Part shown: one piece after another, positions 1-12,392 of the stretch
Layout: each line of letters starts with the position of its first letter
Numbering within the stretch: the first letter of the stretch is position 1
The notes under the pieces: model-generated
Database searches by the model: none
What the model saw: only the letters and a program-made list of their open reading frames with translations
What the model was told of the DNA's origin: nothing
Translations under genes and position numbers: made by a program
Origin: Octopus vulgaris
Lineage: Eukaryota
DNA length: 64,000 bases
Assembly: GCA_951406725.2 (NCBI GenBank)
Contig: OX597824.1
Span: 60,016,001 to 60,080,000 of the forward strand
Reading direction: 5' to 3'

Positions 1-286
1 ATTTAACATTAACCAATTTTTTTATTACAAACTCATACTTTCTAGATACCCCACTTCCCCCTATAAACAATCCACATTTTTTATCCAAGTATTTTGTGTA
101 TCAACCATGTAACCTGCAACAACTATGACAGCACATAGCTATTGGTCTATCAATTATTGACAAAGACAAACAATGAAAAATAGTAGAACAACTAAAACAG
201 TATAAATTCATTTAATTTATTATTTTATCATTTCATTCAACCTAATATAACAATATTCTGTATGTCAGCCAGCTTACTAATCCTTT

Positions 287-445
287 ATTCTCATCATCAT
301 TAATTCCTATATTCTCTGATTCTATCTTACTCTTCAGACATCACTATCAAACCTAACAGTATTTTGTACATCAAGCATTTTGGTAATTCTGTATTCTCAT
401 CATCAATAATTCTTATATTCTCTGTTTCTTTCTTACTCTTCAGAC
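287..445. repeat. Short direct duplication (two copies of about 53 bp)
   Basis: attctcatcatca(t/a)taattc(c/t)tatattctctg..tct..tcttactcttcagac at about 287-339 and about 393-445. Confidence 0.7.
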
Positions 446-714
446 CTAGCCATTAAGCGTTACATCAAACTTTGTGAAGCTGAAGTTCGAAAACATAATC
501 GAAGCATTAAAAAAACTTACCAAGAAATGTTTAATGAAATGAATAAACACAGCAAGGAAGTGAATGCAGTCCATTAGACTGATATAATAGTATACAGGAG
601 GTTTTATACAATATAAAGACAGACTCTATGAAGAGACTCTCAAGTTCAGGAAAAGTACAGAAATTGTTTGCATCAAAAGTATACAACTGAAATATGGACA
701 AATTTTAAAGGAAT

Positions 715-1037
715 TAGTGTGTGTGAAGCCAGGATGAATGGGAAGATGGGGACAATATGAAGACTGTGTATAAGGGCCAAATGTGAGGAGTGTTAGAATA
801 TAAAGATTGTATGTGAAGTAGACAAAATGTGAGACACTGTGTAAGGATGGTCAACATGTGTAAAACTGATCAAAGTGTAAAAAGTATGTGAGATAGATGA
901 ACTGGGAAAATTGTATGAAGTATACAAAATTGGAAGATTTTGTGAGGATGGTCAAAATGTGAATGTTATGTATGTGAAGATGGTCATAACATGAAGACTA
1001 TGTGAGGCCTGTATGTAAGGTACATAAAATGTGAAAA
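715..1037. repeat. Degenerate minisatellite (about 28-30 bp unit, tgtgaagactgtgtgaggatggtcaaaa-like)
   Basis: Recurring atgtgaag / ggatggtcaaaatgtg motifs at roughly regular spacing. Confidence 0.5.
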
Positions 1038-3649
1038 TAAAAGAATGAATTCATGAAATCAATTTACAATTTTTTACTCCATTTTATTGATCATTTTATT
1101 CTAATAAAACAATTTAAAATATCAGTTTATTGTTGGTTGATCTAAAATTGAAATGTAAACTTACATTTATATTTCTAAACAACATAAAATATGCACTTAT
1201 ATTTGATAAAATAATTTCTGTTTAAAAATATAAACAAAACTTTGTTTCACAATTTCAGTATCTATGTTGTGCTGTATCAGGTCTTATTTCTCTGCTTTTA
1301 CCCATTTTAACTCTCACTCTATTTTATGCACACACTAACACTCCCTCCAGAAGGATGACATATCAATGGTTATCAAATACAAATCTGAAATTCGACTGAG
1401 TTTCCAAAATGATGTCAATTAGTTAATACATATGATAGCATACTGAAACTTTGGGAAAATGCAGCTGATGATCAAAATCCAACAGCTGATACAAAGAGTG
1501 AGGCAAAACCAAATTTTAACTTTTATTTTCATGGTTTTGTAATAAAATTCTTGACTTCCATGATGCACTACTTTCATTGGCTTTCATGATGCACTGCTTG
1601 TAATTTAAAATCTCTTTGTGGTAATGTTTTAAGCAGTCAAGAATCATTGGCTAGAATCATTTGAAGCTCAAATGAAACTTGTGAGAAGAATGGAATATTC
1701 TACTAGAAAGGTGATTTGGTTGAAAAAAATCTCTGGTGGGGAAAAAAAGTTAATGATGTAGGATTAGCTGCAACAGAAAAACTAAGTAAGTATTGATAGT
1801 CTCCATAACATACTGGAAGAATGATTTATCTGTAGGGGATTCAAGATTTGTTTATTTTTATTTTTTGTGGACTAGGATTTGATTTTAATAAAAGCAACAT
1901 CTTTCATAACAAATACCTTAGAGAAAAGTCTCAAACATTGTCCCAAACTACCTTATGCTACCATATTTCTGTTGGCTTTGTTTCACATAATTTTGAAAAT
2001 AATGAAGAATTTAGTAAAAATAACTTATTTTATTAAATTAGTGTTGAAACATAAGCTAACAAAATTTTGATGGTACCTGTTAGATTAGATCACTTTCAAA
2101 CAAGAATTTGGTACATACAAGCAGAGGTAGTCTTAAGCAGTTTGATTTCAAATAGATTAAGGATTATTTAACATGAAACTAACAATATATGCAAAGGGCT
2201 ACCAAGAAAAACTTTACAAGGCAAACAAGACTCCTTTTACTTCAATCCAAACTCAGAATGGGTATCCTCTCTATGTTCAAGGGTGCTGCATACTTTTTTG
2301 TTTGTTTTGTTTTTTTTACAAGCATGATGCCCAAATATACTTGAAAGATCTTTCCTTTGAGTTCCCAAATTAATGTCCTAGCTAACCTCCACCCACCCCT
2401 TATAGGCTCTGAATATACAGCAAACGCAGAAAAGTTTGTTATTCTTTGGAAACAATTTTCTCAATTGTCACAAGTTTAAAGATAACATTAGTTGATTGGG
2501 AATGTATTAAAGCCAAACCTGGCCTTCCTTTTGTAATAGAATTTAGTCCATTGTTTGAGTCAGTCTATTTAAGAAATAATTATAAATTCCTTGGAGTAAC
2601 AACAAATTCATTGGTTCACTCTAAGTAACTTGTAGTGAGTGAATGATTATCCCATCAACCTTGCACTGTTTTACAGCCTTGATAAAGACAGTTTTGAACT
2701 TTGTGAAAAAAAGTTTTGGATTGTCAGATGCTTCTGGAAAATTACTCAAAACGTTCAAATTTTTGAGACTGAGGAACTCAAGTTTACCATTCCATATGGA
2801 GACAAAAATTTTCCCAATTGATATCAGTGTATCATACTAAATGTATGCATACTGTTAGAGGGCAAAATGTGGAATTATCTGAGATAAAATCTCTTCAAAG
2901 ATTTGTTGGGTTAAAAACACAATTGACATGACATCACCAGTTTTAGTTTTTTCTATTATTATTGCTGCAGAAAATGTTGTGATGAACTTTCTCTCTTAGT
3001 TTTAGAATACTTTGTGCTGCTTTGCCTGACTCAGAACTCACATTGTCTTCATCCAAATGTTGTTGTGTTTCCACAAATAAGGAAGTCTTTTACAGTTGTA
3101 GCTTTTTCCCTTGAACAGCCCAACTTTGGTTCTCCCATCTATCTCATTGTTTTCCTCCTTCTTATGACTTGAGCTCTTTCAAGTCTAAAGTAAATCCATT
3201 CCTTTCATCTTAATTCTCCTTCTTCACAGTCCCTTATACTAAGTGGCTTCTTGCTTTGTTTGGGACTTGCTTATAACAGCATAAAGTCTGTGTTTATACA
3301 TTTAATATGATACACAGATGGTGATTTTAATTTAATGCTGTTTCATTTGTGTATACCAAGTGTTACCCCAAATTTTAGAGTAGCTATTTGGAAAAAGTGA
3401 GGTATTGCACTTTCTACTGGCCTAAAAGATGTGAGAAAGCAAAATTCATTGTTCTAATTATGTTTGAGCGCTTAAGTGAAGCCTGCTTTACTCAACATTA
3501 AACAAGAGGGAAACCAGAAATAAAAACTTTTAATGTTCTTCCCGTGTTCACATCATTGAGGAAAAATAAATACAATTTTGAAATGTAGCTCAAAATTATT
3601 CATAGAAAAATAAACCAAAAATAGTCGCAAATCAACCAAAATATATCAC

Positions 3650-4275
3650 TTTTTTCATCTGTTTCGGTTGTTAGACTGAGGCTAATCATTAAACTGTCTT
3701 GAAGAACTTTTAGTCAAATGAATTGATCCCAGTACTTTTTCTTTTTATAAACCAGGTGCTTATCCTATCGGTCCCTTTTCTTTCAAACCGCTAAGTTATG
3801 GAGACATAAAAATCTAACACTGGCTGTCAAGCAGTGGTGGGGCAAACACTAACACAACAAGAACACATACACACACACACACATATATATATATATACAA
3901 TAGGCTTCTTTCAGTTTCTGTCTACCAAATTCACTCACAAGAAGATATGCAATGAGACTGAACCCAGAACCATGAGGTTGGGAAGCAAGCTTCTTATTTC
4001 TTTACTGCCCACAAGGGGTTACACACAAAGGGGACAAACAAGGACAGACAAATGGATTAAGTCAATTATATCGACCCCTGTGTGTATCTGGTACTTATTT
4101 AATCGATCCCGAAAGGATGAAAGGCAAAGTGGACCTCAGCAGAATTCGAACTCAGAACGTAGAGGCAGACGAAATACCACTAAGCATTTCGCCCGGCGTG
4201 CTAATGCTTCTTCCAGCTCACCGCCTTGTGTGGTAAGAAGCAAGCTTCTTACCACACAGCCATGCCTGTGCCTAT
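3650..4275 (-). mobile_element. tRNA-derived SINE family A with a family B SINE nested at about 3993-4226
   Basis: Same body as the copies at 49237, 50491, 51068 and 61568 (head AGGC.CAGG..TGGCTGTGTGGTAAG). It is interrupted by a copy beginning GGCGGTGAGCTGG on the minus strand. Confidence 0.8.
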
Positions 4276-4289
4276 AAAAGGTGGCGTAC

Positions 4290-4965
4290 AGGCTGCTATG
4301 AAGAATTGCACTCCATACATCTCAGACTCTGATTAAGACCTCTGTATGATTAAGCATCCCACCTCATCTCACTTAGATCGTCCCATAGGATGTCCCTTTT
4401 AGGGGTTTCCTTTGTGCATACTATAGGAGTCACAGGGCACTGCTCCATGTGGTCCCAAGGTTTCCATCTAACTAGGAATATTAGGGTCTCATCCATTATT
4501 TTGTATTCAAGATCCTCTGCATAACATCCTGCTAGTTCAAAGCCAGGAATCTGATCTGTTAGGTCCTGCCAATAACTAAATCCATCCTCTGCTGCTGACG
4601 CTTCGATTTATTGTCATTAAGGTTTTGTCTGTCTCCTACCCTTCGACCTGTCTGGCTTGGTAAAATCTGCCTGAAGACCTCTCCCTCCAGTGTAGCTCTT
4701 TGGGAAAATGGAGCATACAGGCACTTCACCATGACAAGGTACTTGTTGAATTGGCAGTTAACTATACAGTAGTTCTTTATCCCTTTGATGGGTCTTAATT
4801 TTCATCCCACAAGGTGCCCAACAAGCACCTTCCTCACCAAGCAAGCTTGATAGAGTTGCCAGTTTAGTCGCTGATGACCTGACCATGCAACAGCTTGTAT
4901 TGGGTTACATGTTACCAGTAGCATTCAAGAGCAACCTGACATGATTAAGCAAAGCAACCCCATTT
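4290..4965 (-). mobile_element. Degenerate RTE-like non-autonomous or UTR fragments
   Basis: Minus-strand accttgtcatggtgaagtg...agagctac...gggtaggagac motif resembles the 5-prime ends of RTE-clade elements; no ORF. Confidence 0.35.
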
Positions 4966-5322
4966 TTCTTTTTAAGATATACTTCTTAAATTTATGTTGT
5001 TATTACTCCAAATAATGAGTGTGAGTGCTACAATAGGAATTACTGAATTTGATGACATATATGATGTACTAGTTTTTCAAAAAAATGTCTCAAAAAATCC
5101 CCACCAGGTCCAATATGCAAAATTGGGCCTATATTACATGCTTTAATGCAATAAAACATTTTTCCTAAATATGCTTTGCTGAAACTGGGGTGTGTTTAAG
5201 AAGCCTGTGTGTCTTTTATGCTATCAAATGTTATAATAGGCTCAGCTATTCATATGTTGACCAGTTTAGTCTTTTGGTGTAGTAAGCTACAATATTCTTA
5301 AATTCTCTCAATTTCTTGTAAT

Positions 5323-5547
5323 TCAGGCTGCCTTATGGTCCCAACAGACGAAATGGAAAAGGTGTTGCCCCAGAAGATTGGCGAAGGAGATGCGCTGGAA
5401 CAGCCACTCTGATTCACAGGGCTCACATTTGTGGATAGCCATCTCTGCCCCGGTAGTAGTGAGCAGGGATATGGTCCAGAAGCCAAGAATACCAGAGGTC
5501 TCCACTGCAGCTGAAATTGTAAAGAACTTTGGCTTTAAAAACACCAT
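5323..5547 (-). mobile_element. C-terminal fragment of a restriction-like-endonuclease non-LTR retrotransposon (CRE-like)
   Basis: AVETSGILG...EPCESEWLFQRISFA, then GNTFSI after a frameshift. This resembles the FxPxAVETxGxxG...WLFQRISxAxxRGN tail of CRE-type RLE elements. Confidence 0.55.
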
Positions 5548-5989
5548 TGATGTACCATGAACCGATGGGCTCTCTTCCTCTCCCCTAAGTTCTGTCCTGG
5601 CGTATAGTGGCTTTTGAACACTTCTCTTTTACTTAATTTCTCTTACAAAGCACTGGCCACCCAAGATTATAGTAAATGTTTACACAAGATGAAGCAATGT
5701 AAGATCAAAACTGAAACTATGTAGTTGCAAAGTGAACTTCTTAATCAGGCCCACCCTCACCATCCCAGTCATGCAAAGGATTTGGTGAAAAACAGCTGAA
5801 TCTGGTCGCAATAAAAGTTGGCTAAAATGGTTAACATTTTAGGTTTACAAGAAAAATACATGTAAACGATTTATCTTTTATCTTTAACCTCTTACTTGTT
5901 TCAGTTATTGGGCTGCAGCAATGTTGGGGCACTGTGTTGAAGGGTTTACTCGTACAAATCAGATTAGTACTCATTTTGTAAGTACTTAG

Positions 5990-7026
5990 TTGGATTTAAG
6001 AAGCATCAGATGTGGTGTGCAAGAGAGAACACTGCACTGGTATGGTCATGTGTTGCGAATAAATGAGGACAGCTGTGTGAAAAAGTGTAACATACTAGCA
6101 GTTGAAGGAACTTGTGGAAGAGATAGACCCATGAAGACCTGGGATGAGGTGGTGAAGCACGGACTTTGAACATTGGGCTTTACTGAGGCAATGACTAGTG
6201 ACCGACCTTTGGAGATATGCTGTGCTTGAGAAGACCCAACAAGCCAAGTGAGACCATGGCCCATGGCTTATGTCAGTGGGTGCAACCAGCCCATTTATGA
6301 ATACTCTTCATTCATTGGACAATAAACTTTGCTTGCGAGGACCTGTGGAGGCAAGTGAAATGAAAATCAAAATTGCTGGCGTGGCCAATGACAGTATTGC
6401 CTGATTGACATTTGTGCTAGTGGAATGTTAAAAGCACATCTGAACGAGGGGTGTAACCGGCCCACTTATGAGTACCCCTCATTCATTGGACATTGAACTT
6501 TGCTTGCGAAGACCTATTGAGGCAAGTGAAAACAAATCAAAATCGCTGACGTGGCTGATAACAGTACCGCCTGATTGGCACTCGTACAGTGGAACATTAA
6601 GAGCACATCTGAGTGTGATCATTGTGGGGCCAAGGATTGACTCCCGTGCCAGTGGCATGTGAAAGCACCATTTGAGCATGATTGTTGCCAGCGTTGACAT
6701 CCCGGCACATGTGCAGTGGCATGTGAAAAACAACATTTGAGTGTGGTCATTGCCAGTGCCGCTGGACTGGCTCCCATGCAGTTAGCACATAAAAACACCT
6801 TTTGAGCACGGTCGTTGCCAGAACCACCTGACTGGTCCCCGTGCCAGTGTCACGTAAAAGCACCCACTACACTCTCAGAGTGGTTGGCGTTAGGAAGGGC
6901 ATCCAGCTGTAGAAACTTTGTCAGATCAGATTGAGCCTGGTGCAGCTTCTACCTCACTAGTCCTCAGTCAAACTCTTCAACCCATGCCTGCATGGAAAGT
7001 GGACGTTAAACGATAATGATGATGAT
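5990..7026 (+). mobile_element. RTE-clade LINE 3-prime fragment with repetitive 3-prime UTR and (GAT)n tail
   Basis: Encodes LHWYGHVLR...GRDRPMKTWDEVVKH. The UTR carries gtgccagtggcacgtaaaagcacc repeats and ends ggcgttaggaagggcatccagc...gttaaacgataatgatgatgat. Confidence 0.8.
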
Positions 7027-7029
7027 TAT

Positions 7030-7293
7030 TATTCTATCAGTCTCTTTTACCGAAGTGCTAAGTTACAAATCAACACTGGTTGTCAAGCAGCAGTGGGGAG
7101 GATAAACACAAATACAGACATACACATATATTTATGAAGGGCTTCTACACACTTTCCGCCTACCAAATTCACTCACAGGGTATTAATAGGTCGGGCTAAT
7201 AGTAAAAGGCCCTTCCCCACAGTGATGTACAGTAGGACTGAATCCGAAACCGCATGTTTGCAAAGTGAGTTTCTTAACCACACCCCCATGCCT
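7030..7293 (-). mobile_element. SINE family A (diverged)
   Basis: ctaagttac...ggttgtcaagc...ctaccaaattcactcaca...ggactgaatccgaaacc, as in the other copies. Confidence 0.7.
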
Positions 7294-7564
7294 CAAGAAA
7301 AATTAAAATTTCATTTAGGTACAAAAATACACATATACTGACAACACACACGCACGCGCGCGCATGCATATACGTACATGCACACGCACGCACACATGCT
7401 CATTTATAGAGACTCACATGTATTATTCTTGTTCGTACGTATTAATGTTTGCTTTCATGTGAAATTATATATTTAAAAAAATTTCGGCTTGCCAGCCATT
7501 AACAGGTTGTATACATATATGCATGAATACAAACATACATACACATCTAACAAGCAGTCAATCA

Positions 7565-7630
<66 letters not shown>
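7565..7630. repeat. (ATCT)n microsatellite
   Basis: Perfect tetranucleotide run. Confidence 0.95.
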
Positions 7631-7914
7631 GTGTGCGCGCGTGCGCGCGTGAAGACTTACACACATACACCCACAAAAATTATCAATTACAATAGGCACA
7701 ACAAAGAACAATATATTCTATCGATCTCAGTCAGTAGTTGTCTGGGACTTTATTTATTTTATAACACCGAAGAAATTATTATTAACAGTAAAGCGCTGAA
7801 CATGTTAACATCGTTTCTGCTGTGTTTATTAATTAACATGTTAATTACATGTGTGTTAAGTACACGTGTGTTGATCAACAATGCCGTGAACCGGAACGAT
7901 CTGTTTGATATACG

Positions 7915-7928
7915 GTCGCCATGACAAC
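7915..7928 (+). promoter_or_regulatory. RFX-binding X-box (GTCGCCATGACAAC) in the putative PPP1R36 promoter
   Basis: Near-palindromic 14-mer matching the X-box consensus GTYRCCATGRCAAC. It lies in a locally CpG-richer patch and ends 61 bp before the ATG at 7990. Confidence 0.7.
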
Positions 7929-7989
7929 GGCTTAAACACTGTCATTTATTTGCAGAGATAAAATTTTTCGTGGAACTTCCTATTGCCTC

Positions 7990-7998
7990 ATGGATTCG
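7990..7998 (+). CDS. PPP1R36: PPP1R36 coding exon 1 (MDS)
   Basis: ATG GAT TCG followed by donor gtatgt. Phase 0 fits exon 2, and the X-box is just upstream. It is short, so this is the least certain exon. Confidence 0.6.
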
Positions 7999-8621
7999 GT
8001 ATGTAGAAAAAGATTTTATTGTATCATCGTCATCATCAACATCACCACCACTTTCCTTGATCCTTTTAAGCCTTTAAACAGGCCATATGAGGCCCAAATA
8101 TTCTATCTGTTCTACGTTCAAATTGGCCAAATGCCCCCTCATACCTATCTTACAATGTCATTCTAAAAATAAAGTATCACATCATTGAAATCTCGAAGTT
8201 ATGAGATAATGCATGATTAATTCAAAAGAACGAGAATGAATAAGCATTAAAATATTTGACAGAGTAATCTGAATGCTAAAGGGTTAAAATTAAATTCTTC
8301 ACTCAATAATTTATGAGTTTGTTGAAAATTAACGAAGATCTATGTGTGCAAATGGGAGAGAAGGGGTTTATCTGTCACCTGCATGTCATCATCATCATCA
8401 TCATCATCGCGTGAAGAATTAGAATTTAAAAAATGTCACGTGAGAAAAGCCGCCCAAATGCTTTCATGATGTATATGTGTACGTATTATTGTGGGTGTAT
8501 GACTGAGCATGCATTTATGTATGTATGTATGTATGTATGTATGTATGTATGTATGTATGTATGTATGTATGTATGTATGTATGTATGTATGTATGTATGT
8601 ATGTATGTATGTATGTATGTA

Positions 8622-8652
<31 letters not shown>

Positions 8653-11420
8653 ATGCATTTGTACATGTGTATACGTGCGTGTGTTGGGGTCTCTAGGCTT
8701 TTCTCTCGAACTGCTAGAAATAGCTGAAACCTCCCTCAAATTATACCCAACCATCTTGAAAAGGAACAGGCACATTGAATAATGTCGCTCTGGATGAGAT
8801 TGACAGTGTTGTAGAGGCTTGAATGGCTTTCTTAACGTCTGCTCAGCTGAGTTTGGCATAGAGGTTAAAAAACAACTATCTGTGTTTGCCTCTATCTGTC
8901 AGCAGGTCAGGATAGATAAATAGATAGACAGACAAAAAAAGAAAGAAAGAGAGAGAGAAGAGTGCGAGAGTCAGGTAGGTAGACAGATAGACAACTAAAT
9001 GCACAGAGAGTCATATTAATATAAAGATAAAATATTTACATCATGAATTATGTATGAACTAGAGTGTTACCCATCATATGACAAGTAACTCTGGAAATTT
9101 ACTTTGCCAGCGTGGCTAATATGGCATACATATAATAATTACAATTTAACTTTTGTCGAATATCTGGACACTTAAAAAAATGAAATGAATATGAATTTCC
9201 AAAAGAAACTATTTATTGCTTCAGAATAAAACTGAACAAACCAAATTTCTTATCTGTATACTTGCAATAAATGTTATAGCTCTCTTCTGCTTTTTTATCT
9301 CCTTATCACTCTTCCCAGTTTCTCTTGGACTTCCCTCAAGAATTCGACGAAGCACTCTGTCCGAAACATTATATCTTTGCTCTATAATTGTCCTTATCCT
9401 CTGGGTCAGGGCCCTTTCTATTTCGTCTGGTTTACTGGGATCATGAGGCAGTCTGAATTATTGGATAAAATTGTCTAGAAAATAAAACAGACAAGACAGT
9501 TGTGGCCAGAGCGCCTTTTGTTATAAGTTTCATCAAAGAGAACATTGTAGTGATACTCAAGGTTGAAAGGTATTTGGAGCACATATTGAAACGACAACCA
9601 GAACAAATGATGATGACGACAACAACGACGAAAACAAGAACCACATCAACCGGAATTAATATCATCATCATCCTCCTCCTCATCATCATTTAGCGTCCGC
9701 TTTCCATACTAGCATGGGTTGGACAGTTCAACTGGGGTCTGGGAAGCCAGAAGGCTGCACCAGGCCCAGTCTGATCTGGCAATGTTTCTACGGCTGGATG
9801 CCCTTCCTAACGCCAACCACTCCATGAGTGTAGTGGGTGCCTTTTACGTGCCACCGGCACAGGTGCCAGACAAGGCTGGCAAACGGCCACGATCAGATGG
9901 TGCTTTTTACGTGCCACCGGCACAGGGGCCAAGAGAGGCTGGCAACAGCCACGATCGGATGGTGCTTTTTACATGCCACCGGCACAGAGGCCCGTCGGGG
10001 CGGCTCTGGCAATGGCCACATTCGGATGGTTCGCTTACATGCCACTGGCACTGGCATCACGGCTACAATTTCAGCCTCAGTATATTTCTACTTATTTAAT
10101 TTGACTATGAACTTCCTTTGGACTTTTTCTTTTTTCGCTTCTTGCATGTGCATGTGTGTGCACACGCACACACACACACTCACATGCACACACACACACT
10201 CACACGCACACACACAAAAGGTTGTAAAAAAAGTCCTGTAGCATTTTTGAAATGATCACTATAAACAACAAAAAGCAATGAAATATCTTGCATCCTTAAT
10301 TCATCTACATGGAAAAGGCCTGACAGAAAAAGAAATAGATTATATCACAAACTTTAAATGTAAACCTAGTATTTTTTTACGGCTTACCTAAAATACACAA
10401 GAGCAAAATAATTAATGAAGCCTACAAACAATCACCAGGCAAATACATAAATATCCTAGCACCAGAAAACTTAAAGTTAAGACCTATTATAGCTGTGAAA
10501 CCCACCGCCTAAGCAATTTTCTAGACATCCTATTGAAACCATTGCTGAAATACATCAAAAGTTTCATTAGAGATGATCTAGATATGCTTGAGCACCTACC
10601 AAAAACAACTAATGAAGAGACATTATTGGTTTCCTTCGATGTTATTAATCTTTACACCAATATCCCACATGACTATCGAATAGAAGCAATAAAATTCTGG
10701 CTGGAAAAGTATCCCATAGAACTTCCGGAACGCATAAACCAGGGTTTTATTATCGAAACTTTAAAATTCATACTTCAGAACAATTATTTCCTATTTGATG
10801 ACACCTACTACTGACAAAAATGTGAACGGATACAGCCCCTGTTCTTGTGAACCTAATAATAGGATATTTTGAATTCACCATATATGGAGCGTCACTGCAA
10901 AAATATGGATATCCATTTAACAATTGTATAAGAGAGAACTGGAAAATAATCTAATTTATGCTATAACTTGTTCAGGTTGTGGACATAACTATATAGAACA
11001 GACAAGTATGGTACTTAGGCAGAGAACCACAATACATAAGGAACAGATCCATTTCCCAAAGTATAGACAGATACATTTGAGTGAGCATATAGAGAGATGT
11101 ACAGGTAATATCCAACCAAATTTCGCAGTTATCCCCATATACCAGTGCAAAGAAACAATTTCTACACAAGAACCTTTAAATATACCTCCCCTGTTCCCAA
11201 TTAATAATAATCACCAGTTATCTCTCCTTAGATCTTTCAACTTGTTGATTCATTCACAAACTCCCATACAAGAATATGCACTAAAATCTTCTTAAGAAAA
11301 TATGAAATTACAATAATTTCAATGTCACAATTAGCGAAAGCGAAACCGGTCGACAAACACAATACTCTTTCATTTAAAATGTATTAAAATATATAAAATT
11401 ATATAAACTGTGTGCATTTT

Positions 11421-11461
<41 letters not shown>

Positions 11462-11939
11462 TTTATATTTAGTGTGTAATCAAGAGTCGTAAGGATAGTT
11501 GAGGGGAAGAAAGAGAACAAATCAAAGAAAGAAGAGAAAGTTATGCAATTTAGGCACATTGGATTGTAATACTGGAATAAGCAGATGTGCTTCAAGAGGA
11601 CAAAACTTCGATTTTACCATGCCTAGATAATACACACACACTCACTCACACACACACTCATACACTGGGGTCGATCATTGGACTAAACATTCTTCAAGGT
11701 GGCGCCCCAGCATGGCCACTGTCTAATGTCTCAAACAAAAGATAAAAGTACTTATTTTTTGTTAAGCCTGGTACTTATTTTATCGGTGTCTTTTGCTGAG
11801 CCACTAACAACTATTGAAGAGGTTGCAAGAAGTAACAAAAATTTTAGAAAAAAAATTAAATATTTAAATTACTAGATATTGATCCAGTGAGTCTATTAAT
11901 TAATAAGGCATTAAAACAGAATGACTCTCCTGAGACACT

Positions 11940-11977
<38 letters not shown>

Positions 11978-12352
11978 TAAAAACGGTAAGATAACAAAAG
12001 AAAGAGACCTCAATATTATGTAAATAGAGGAATTTATCTGTAAATGTAATATGTGACAATTATTCGGTAGCCAAGATAAAATTCTGAGTTTCGGATGCCG
12101 AGATGGAAATCCACACCACCATCTCTTCAGTTACCCGGCCATCGGAAAAACAATAGCATTTTTTCGATGGCCAGATAACTGAAGAGATGGTGGTGTGGAT
12201 TTCCATCTCGGCATCCGAAACTCAGAGTTTTATCTTGGCTACCGAATAATTGTCACATATTACATTTACAGATAAATTTCTATAAATATATATATACTTC
12301 TTTGTTTTGGGATTTGGTCTGCAAGATTCTTTATGTGAGTTCGTGTGTTGAA

Positions 12353-12392
<40 letters not shown>

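Noticed and set aside
1690-1835. Possible mariner HTH-like remnant (EKLS.SIDSLHNIL)
   Set aside because: Too short and degenerate; no TIR or catalytic motif found.
2400-3300. Short ORFs with somewhat coding-like composition on both strands upstream of the gene
   Set aside because: No recognisable motif, stops in all frames and no consistent splice chain. It may be an ancient repeat, but I cannot support a call.
7489-8859. ORFs made of IYLS, MYVC and HTYI repeats (also near 15000-15500, 18613-18882, 19351-19548, 24988-25469)
   Set aside because: They are translations of (ATCT)n, (TATG)n, (TA)n and (ATG)n microsatellites, not genes.
9059-9090. Helitron-like 3-prime hairpin plus CTAG on the minus strand
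   Set aside because: The hairpin is mismatched and no matching 5-prime end was identified; too weak to list as a feature.
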